From: Trichosphaerium sp. ATCC 40318
Lineage: Eukaryota; Protista; Tubulinea
Assembly: GCA_038496445.1 (NCBI GenBank)
Contig: JALMLS010000052.1
Coordinates: 1-64,000 of the forward strand
Direction: 5' to 3'
Length of the DNA stretch: 64,000 nucleotides
The number at the start of each line of letters is the position of its first letter. Position 1 is the first letter of the stretch. The notes below the pieces were generated by a model. The model saw only the letters and a program-made list of their open reading frames with translations. It searched no databases and had not been told where the DNA came from. Made by a program: the position numbers and the translations under genes. This document shows positions 56,019 through 64,000 of the stretch, piece by piece.

Positions 56019-57891
56019 CTATTTTCTATTGCGTTGCCTATCTCCACCGGCTCTGGAAGGCCTATTTTGTCTAGTGGCCGGCTTATTTCTAGGAGCTTGA
56101 GGTCCACCTCTTCTGCCTTCTCTTTGTCCATCGGAACCTCTTCTGTTGTCTCCTCTTGAAGCACCTTGAGGTCTGTCTCTCCTTCTTTCTTCAACTTTCA
56201 ATTTACGTCCATTCAAGGTCAACTAATCGATTTAAATTAGCTACAAATAGAAAAACATCCAAGTAAAACGACACTACGTACAGGTTTAGGAGCATTTGCT
56301 GATGCTCTAGCGGCTTCAGGCTTATCAAATTGAACAAAACAATAGTTCTAAATAAATAATAAGTCCACGTTCCCACTTTACACGTAGATTAAAAACAAAT
56401 GCGTACAGTGCCAGGTTTGTTTGGAAGAGATACATCAACAACCTTTCCGAATTGACCGAAAAGATCATAGATAGGGTTAGTGTCATTAAGTTCATTTGGT
56501 AGACCAACAACGTAAACAGAGTTATCTAATAAAAACAAATAAAGTTAGTACAGGTAATAATCCAAACTGTCGTTTTGTGATTTTTTTTTTCTCGTTTTTT
56601 TGTTTCGTACCTCTTGGTCCACGTTTATTTTGTCCATCAGACTTACGACCTTGAGGCTTACGGTCTTTAGGACCGCCTCTAGTTTGCCATTCTTTGCTAT
56701 TGTTTGCCTTACCTTTTGGAGTAGACTTTTTAGCTGGGGAGGTAGTTGGAGCTGTCTTTTGTGGAGCTTGAACTTGTTTCTTTGGTTGAGCGTTGTTGCT
56801 GCTCAACTTGACGCGATTTGCCCAAGAAATTGGTCCTGCTGGTTTTGCTGGTTCTGCCGGTGCTGCCTCAGGTTCAGGCTGTGGTTTAGCTTTTGGAGCT
56901 GGTTTAGCTTTGCCGTTAGGTTTGGCTTTCTCTGGTTCTGGTTTGGTTTGTTCTTGGGTTACTTCTGGTGCGGCTTCCTCTACTGGTTCTGGAGTAGCCT
57001 CAGGCTCTTTTACAGGTTCTGGTTCTTGTACTGGCTCTGGTTCTGGTGTGTTTTGTGGAGAAGCTTCTGTAAGCGCAAAAAATAAGTAAAACGCGAATAT
57101 AATGCGTAGTATATGTTTTTAATCTAAATTATGATTCTGCGGTACCTGGTTTTTCTGGGGAACCAGGAATAAACCGGAAAATATCATTTTTCACGTAAAA
57201 CCGGTTTACATCAGACTTCACTAGGTGGAAAGTTTGAACAAATCGCTTGAAAGTATTGTTTTCTAGTTCTAGTTGACCAACGGCGGAGATTAGGATCGCA
57301 TCTTCATCACCCTGGCAATCGACAATGTCAAGGAATGCTTTGCGTCCTAAATCGTTTAGCATAATTGCAAAAGCCAAACGATAGCGAATAATGAAGTAAA
57401 TGGATGAATAACAATGCTGGCGCCGTAAAAATTTAAAATTCGCCGTCAACACAGAATGTTGAAATAAGTGGCTCTAAATACCAAAATTGCACGCGTAATA
57501 TAGGAAAAGGTGACGTTTGCGACAAATTTGAAGCTTAACTTGAATAAGAAAAGAAACGCTTTTATCACCGCCCCGCTTCCGCGGTGGTGCGAAACAACGT
57601 CGTTTTTGTATTTTGATGGCAATAACAAAAAAATTAATGTACCTGCACTGGCGTGCGAGCTAATCAACTCCTTGATACCCTGCTCATGTTTAGTTGAATA
57701 TACAGGCGTTTTCTTACCTCTAATCCTTGCTGTGTTTCTTTAGCCTCGTGCTGTTCATTCCCGCGCGTAACCTTAGAGTCTTCGTGGTAAAAGAGGTGTA
57801 GATCTTCCATTTGTTCATCCATTTTTGTGTAGTATTTGCGTACGAATACGTTTCCGACATATGTAGCGTCCTTTGGTGTGGGAGCAGCCAT
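56019..57891 (-). CDS. G3BP/Rasputin/Bre5-like protein (NTF2 + acidic/Pro-rich linker + RRM + RG-rich tail)
   Basis: VGNVFVRKYY, LHLFYHEDS, FVQTFHL, FYVKNDIFR; SWANRV motif; RRM SVYVVGL..YFVQF..LNGRKLKVEERR. Confidence 0.9.
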
Positions 57892-58241
57892 TCCTGACAA
57901 TTTATTGTGCGGTTGTGGCTAATTCAAAGCTAAAGCAAACCAAGACTTGACCAATAGTTTTTTGCTCGGCGAGATTTTTTGGATGTTCATACCATCGTTT
58001 TAACATGCCTTGGTTCAGTATGCTCATTTTTGGTACTTTCAGGTATTAATTTTATCAGGCCTCTGAAAGCAGCATCGTATCTCTGCAGAGTTCTCTAATC
58101 TATCTTGTAGAACTTAACTTTGCGTCCATTCTCTTCTCTGCGTTCCGAAAAAGCATACATTTAGCTTTCGCGCCAAATGACTTTGAGTGAAAACTGATTG
58201 AGTACGAGTATGTTTATTTACAATGAATCCTGATTGTGACG

Positions 58242-59468
58242 TTAACACATCAATCCAGTGATAAGCGTAAGAATGCTGACAGCGAATAGTACAATAAGTT
58301 CGATAATACTGAAAGGAATACGTCCCATTATCACAAAACAAAAAATAAAACAAAAAAGTGTTGTAAGAACTAAAATAAGCAAGCTCGTCCTTACTGTCGT
58401 CTTGGTTACTAGGGGTTGTTGTGATTTATGTGGTACTAAGATATGTGAGTACTATAGAGTACAGGATGAATTAAACGCACGCATATCGAGAAGGTACGTC
58501 AGTAGTAAATGTGTACAAACACCCCAGATAGCACCGCTTATAATTTGTCTTGGGGAATGGTATCCATGGAAATATGTACGTGACAGTGTCCATAAAGATG
58601 TCAACAATAACCCAGCGTAGCATATTAATATACGTGTCGTAGCAGAACTAAAATACATTAGTCAGACTTGTTTTTGGAGGTGGTTTATTTGAAGAAAAAA
58701 GACGGTTGAAACTTTTTTTGTACCTTATTTTTCTGCTTATGATAGCTTTAAAAACCTTCTTGTTGAAGTAATTCTTTGCATCATTTGGTGATCTCTTTAA
58801 ACGAACAATGAGGTACATTATAGTCAATATATAGTAAATATGGAAAGCGTAGTGGCCCGAAATGCTATTCACACGTGAGAAAAGTTTGAAAAAAGCTGTT
58901 GACGTTTAGCACCTACCTGTTTGCTTTTTTAGAGCAAGCTGTATCTCCCAATAGCTTTTTAGATGCGTATAATAGGGAATAACTCGCAGCGTACCTTTAG
59001 TTTTTGTTAGTTAACGCAGTTTAGCGTAAATCAGGGGTTGAAACGTACCAAACCATCGAAAAACATGCGGCTAGTGTACCAAAATGGTGTTCGGCGTGTG
59101 GTAGTAGAAATTGTTTGTTTGGCATTACGAATAGCCTTGGAAAGAAGGCCACTTGCGTAATTAGTACAAGTATTAACGCCACAGTGATTCTGAATAATAA
59201 CGTCGAGAATATTGCACTTGGAGCTATGTAATCGGCTGCGTATCTGCAAGAAAGCTTAGCGAGCGGTTTTACAACAACCACGTCGAAATTGTAAAAAATT
59301 TGTACCTATTGACGTAGCAAGTGCCATGTATACCCAAACCATCAACAAGCAACCCTTCTCTGTTATGTTAAGGATAAAGCGGGATTTTTAAATGTAAAAA
59401 ACCGTAGGATACAGCTGAAGGATTACGAGAATACCAGTGAAAACGAACAGATACACCCTGTATTGCAT
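58242..59468 (-). CDS. PAP2-superfamily membrane protein (dolichyldiphosphatase-like, degenerate C1 motif)
   Basis: C2 SISGH, C3 SRTYFHGYHSPRQIISG; several TM exons; no clear KxxxxxxRP. Confidence 0.65.
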
Positions 59469-59756
59469 TGTTTGTTGATTAAAAACTTAATTAAGAAAGA
59501 AAATTAAGTAAATGAGTCAGCACTGACGTAATTTGTGTTTTATCCTTGGTAGTCAACGTGTTACCACTAACTGGTCAACACAAAGTATGGTAAATGTTTA
59601 TAGTTAAAGAGCCGAGTTAGGAACCAATTTATCAGTACAACATTTTCAAATTACTTGAGTAATGTACTATCTAAATGTTTATTTTTTTTTTTACAAAGAT
59701 AGCAGCAACCACCTACAGCGTTAAAAACGCTGCCATAAAATGTGGATACTTTTGTT

Positions 59757-62236
59757 CTAATCATAGTCTTGTGAACCATCTACACTGACTACTTCTTTTT
59801 CAAGGTTTTTACCTTTTGTTTCTGGAACGAAGAAAAATACAAACCCTAAGCAAAGAAGGGCAAGCGCACCAAAGAAGAAAAAGACGTAAGGTAAGTTTTG
59901 GTTATCATCTCCCCTGACAACTAAAATCACGTGGTTAGGTAAGAATAAAAGAAGATTGACGACAGATTCCTTCAAAAAAAAAGAACTAAACAGTTTTGGA
60001 CGTACTTGGAAAGACAATAGAAAGTAGAAGATTTAAACTCCATTGTAACATATTAACATAAGAGTTACCAACATCTCTTACTTTACCAGGGAAAATTTCA
60101 GCTAGTAATACCCAGAACAATGCGCCTGGTCCCAACTATTACAAAGTATTAGTACAAAAACTAAGCGACAGAAAATAAACTGAAAGGCTACAAAGGCCAC
60201 ATACCTCAAAGCCACCAATAAATAAGACAATACCAAGAATTGATAATCCAGTTTTAGCACCACCAGCGCTCAAAAACTTGAATACCAAACCAGTTCCTGC
60301 ACAAATGTTAATTTTTTTTTTGTTTTGTATACAAGTTTGTTGTAAGTTCCTCCTTGTTTAACAACGTACCAACATTACCAATAGTCATGAGTATAAGACC
60401 AATAAGCATTAGAGGTTTTCTTCCTGTGAAATCTACAAGACCAAGAGCAAAAAGTGTTGAAAGAAAGTTCCACACGCCAACGAGCTTAAAAACTTCGTTA
60501 GCTTCCAAACAGTTGATTTTTTTCATAACATACAATTGTTGCAATGCTCTCGTTGTCGTCTGCTGATAGGCTACCGAATTTTACACTACCTTGTAATACT
60601 TGTGGAGCATAGTAGATGATAGCATTAATACCTAAAAGTACATTGTTAAAAAAAAAGAAACAACATAGATTGCTAAGCAGCTTATTCGCCACTAAGCTAC
60701 ACGTGCCTGTGAGCTGAAGTGCAAAAGCAAGAACAGTTCCAATTACAACAGAAGGACATACAGTTCCTTCAGGTCTACATTCAAAGAATAATGTTAGTGT
60801 TTATTGTAAGGAATGAGAAAAAATATGAAGAATAATGATTGCGTACCTAGACCATAAGCCCTTCAAAGTCTTTACTAATGATGACGAAGGTTGCGACTCA
60901 TAAGCTCCAGTATTTATTAGAGGCCCATCTTCTGTCAAGTTTAATTTTTGCTCCTTCTTCTTGTTTGCTGCAGCCTATTTTACTTAGTAAATATGCATAG
61001 TAGAATTATATTTCTCACCTTTCTACGTAACCATTGATCAGACTCTGGCATGAAAAGGCACATTATTAAAAGGTGTACAGAAGGTAAGACACCCCCAGCA
61101 AGCATGGTACGCCATCTAAAGCCTTAAAATTGTTTTAATAAACCACAGTGGTGACTAAGAGTTGGTCTGTAAATTCCAACTGGTTAAAAAAAAAAATTGT
61201 TTTCAGAATTTAACGTACTATCACTAAGGTTATACTTCAATAAACCAAATCCAAATATATAAGCGATTACAATACCAATGGTTAGGGAAACCTGCAACGT
61301 TTCATTAGTATTTTTTTCGTTCAACCAACGCCAAAAAAATATCCAGGTTCTTTTTGACAATTTGCAAAACTTTTCTGCACCTGAAATAGAGAATTGAGTA
61401 CACCACGTCTCTTATCTGGAGCCATCTCTCCAACGTATACAGGACATGCAACGCTTGTCAAACCAACACCTAAGCAAAAAATTAATAACGAATTTTTTTC
61501 AAGCTGACGTTTGGGCCGTTTTTTACCAAATACAAAAATAAGCACATGGTGCCCATTGCTTGAGGTAGAAACTGCGATGACACGTACCTAAACCCAAAAT
61601 AACTCTAAAAATTACTAATGGCCAGTAGCTTGGTGCAATAACTGTTAGTAGCACTCCTAGGTTGCAAGTATAAGACACATGTCAATAAGAATTATGTAAA
61701 ATATTATTTTTCCGTCAGTACAGTTAGTTGAGGGTAAAATCGTACCAATCGTTGATACAGCGCCTGTTATTACCATTGTCCATCTTCTTCCCAACCAATC
61801 GGAGAAAATACCGCCTCCTACTGATCCAATGGCTGCACCGAGCACCACAGCGCCTGTAAAAATACCTTGCTTTGCGCTTTCGCTGTCTGTACAGTATTTT
61901 TGAGAAAACACACGCAAGTTTATTAAAACAAGTGTTAAAGACGTACCGGTGCCTGCATAGCCGAAATCGTTGGCAACCGGCTTGTTGCACATGGCTACAA
62001 TACCTACGCTATTGGTTATATACTATAATGAGTTTTGAGCGGTTATAAGGCTCTGTGGTGTCGTAACGGGAAAATACGAGCAGTTTTATTTACAAACGTG
62101 CGTACCAGTGTTGTAGCCAAAGATAATGCCCCCAAATATATTAATAAGCGCTAAAACGATGCTTGAAACCCTCCGTTCCCTAAACGCATTGTTTTGCCAA
62201 AAGAAGACCTCAATAAATCAAAACGTACTCTTGCAT
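59757..62236 (-). CDS. Sugar porter (MFS) transporter
   Basis: FGGIIFGYNTG, SDWLGRR, PVYVGEMAPDKRRG, MPES, QLTGINAIIYYA, VDFTGRK, AEIFP, VPETKGK. Confidence 0.93.
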
Positions 62237-63186
62237 TGTGGTAAAACAGCTTTGCTATCTGTAAGGGTTTTGAAATAAATAAAAATTGTATTTGTAGAAA
62301 ACTTGCCGAATTTGAACTTTTCGAATGGCTAGGCTTGTATGAATTCGTTATAGATGAATTCATGTTTGTGCGGCTTCTTTATAGTACTAAAAAGAACCTG
62401 TTGGTGTCAAAACAAAGAGTTTGTTTAGGCTTGCATTCAAAAAACAACATTACTCCCGAACTTTTAAGAAGCTCTCAATACATCACAAAGTGAGCTATTT
62501 TGTATACTCACGATACACACTGAGTATTACGTCAAGGACTGATATCGTCAGACCTTGAGTTTGCACATAGGTCACAAAACACGTGAATTGTGAAAAACAA
62601 TTTTTCAAAAAAATAGCTGTGAAAGTTGTATGTTCGTTTAGACAAATCAAGTTATCTTTATTCCAACATAAAAGCGCCAAAGCATTTAAAATCAAGCCAT
62701 TTTAATGTCAAGACTCGAGACCAATATTGTGTTTGCTCAGGTTTTTCCATTTCTTTAGCTAATGAAATTCTTTTTGGTTGAAGATTCTTATGATAGCCGA
62801 AAGGATTGAAATCAGAACTGTGGTGTCTCGTGACGGAAGGGTGGTGCAGGAAATGTGCCTTGCTACAATGAGTAGACTTGTGTAAGATGCTACAACTTCT
62901 CTGTAAAACAGTCATCCAAACCTGTACAATCGAATGCAACTTAGTTGTATTATTTCACCTAAACTTGTCTTTATTAACAACGATACAAAACCATAGTTAG
63001 AAGTTTTTGATTGGAGTTGTTTTGTAAAAATTTAAGTATTCAAAGCTCGGCTTCTAATTGTCAGAACTCTTAAAAGACTGAAGTCATTCTAGCCATCACT
63101 GCAAAGCACGTTCTTGTTTCAGTTTCTGAACTTGCTCTGAGTTCTCTGAACCATAAACACAGACTGTGCATCACACCACATAAATA

Positions 63187-64000
63187 ATGTTGCTTTGGTT
63201 GCCAGTGGAATTGCAACACTCAATTTTCGAGCTTCATAAGGCTGTTTATGTGGTTTGGCCCGTTTTATGTAGAAAAGCGGCTCTAACCTCCCGATTCAAC
63301 GCAAACTTCGAAAAACACGGTAAATGGGTCCGTTGGGAGTCGGATACGATTCATTGCCTGCATACATCCTTTGAGAACGGATTAAAACATGGACAGTACA
63401 CGGAGTTTAGTTCTGATGGCATTGGTAGAGGTACGTACGTTAAAGACAAGAAGCACGGAAAATGTACTTGGAAGAACAAAGACGGTGTACTAATTGAAGA
63501 GGTACACTTAACCCAAGGCCAAGAACCCACCTGGGCTTTATCGTAATAATAGTTTTTGTAAACTGGTCCTTTCGTCAAAGTTACCTGTTTGCATTTGTTG
63601 GTAGTTCTCTTCTGTACTAATGCAAACGCTTTTGTAGGATGTCTTTAAAGAAGGGATTATTGATGGAGATTGTAAGGTTTGGCATGAAAATGGAGTTTTG
63701 AAGGAACATACACAGTATAAGGGTGGTTGTATGCATGGAAAAAGTAAAAGCTGGAATGAGGAAGGTATACTCACAAGTGAAGGAAACTATGTTAAAGGGC
63801 AACTCCATGGAATGCAGAGGTGTACTGTGTTCAGTGATATACATACAAGCCATTTCAATAAGGGTGTTAACGAAGGAGTGTACACAGTACATGATAGTAA
63901 AGGAACTATGACTAGTCAAATTTTGTACAAGAACAATTTACCTAGTGGTGTTTGGCGTAAATGGCATAGAAATGGACAACTTGCTTCTCAATGTACATTT
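63187..64000 (+). CDS. Second F-box-like/MORN-variant repeat protein (3'-partial), one intron about 63502-63638
   Basis: N-terminus LPVELQ..WPVLCR..SRF..F.K.G matches the 5305 gene; repeats GLKHG, KKHGKCTW, WHENG, WHRNG. Confidence 0.8.

Overview
Compact, AT-rich eukaryotic (protist) chromosome segment using the standard genetic code, with about 25 intron-rich genes (introns mostly 40-70 nt). The actin D-loop (RHTGVMVGMG) and the CPRas1-type vWA module are compatible with an amoebozoan, but the taxon cannot be fixed from this window. Housekeeping genes: ABCC/MRP transporter, DDX46/Prp5-like helicase, cysteinyl-tRNA synthetase, ALG5, EPHX1-like epoxide hydrolase, AlkB-type dioxygenase, NADH-cytochrome b5 reductase, G3BP, a PAP2 protein and two MFS transporters. 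Hand splicing reveals chimeric genes that the ORF track fragments or misses: (1) an F-box protein carrying 10 RNA polymerase II CTD heptads (YSPTSPS type) plus a basic NLS-like patch, next to a divergent H3.3-like histone; (2) a full actin domain (catalytic Q137->S) fused between an N-terminal coiled-coil region and a Sec23/24-type zinc finger + vWA module; (3) an F-box-Ras fusion whose P-loop lysine is valine and which lacks CAAX; (4) two F-box-like/MORN-variant repeat proteins. There is also a degenerate tRNA-Leu(UAG)-like element inside a long intron of the CysRS gene, and a cluster of Pro/Thr-rich surface proteins. All gene models were spliced by eye and need RNA-seq confirmation.
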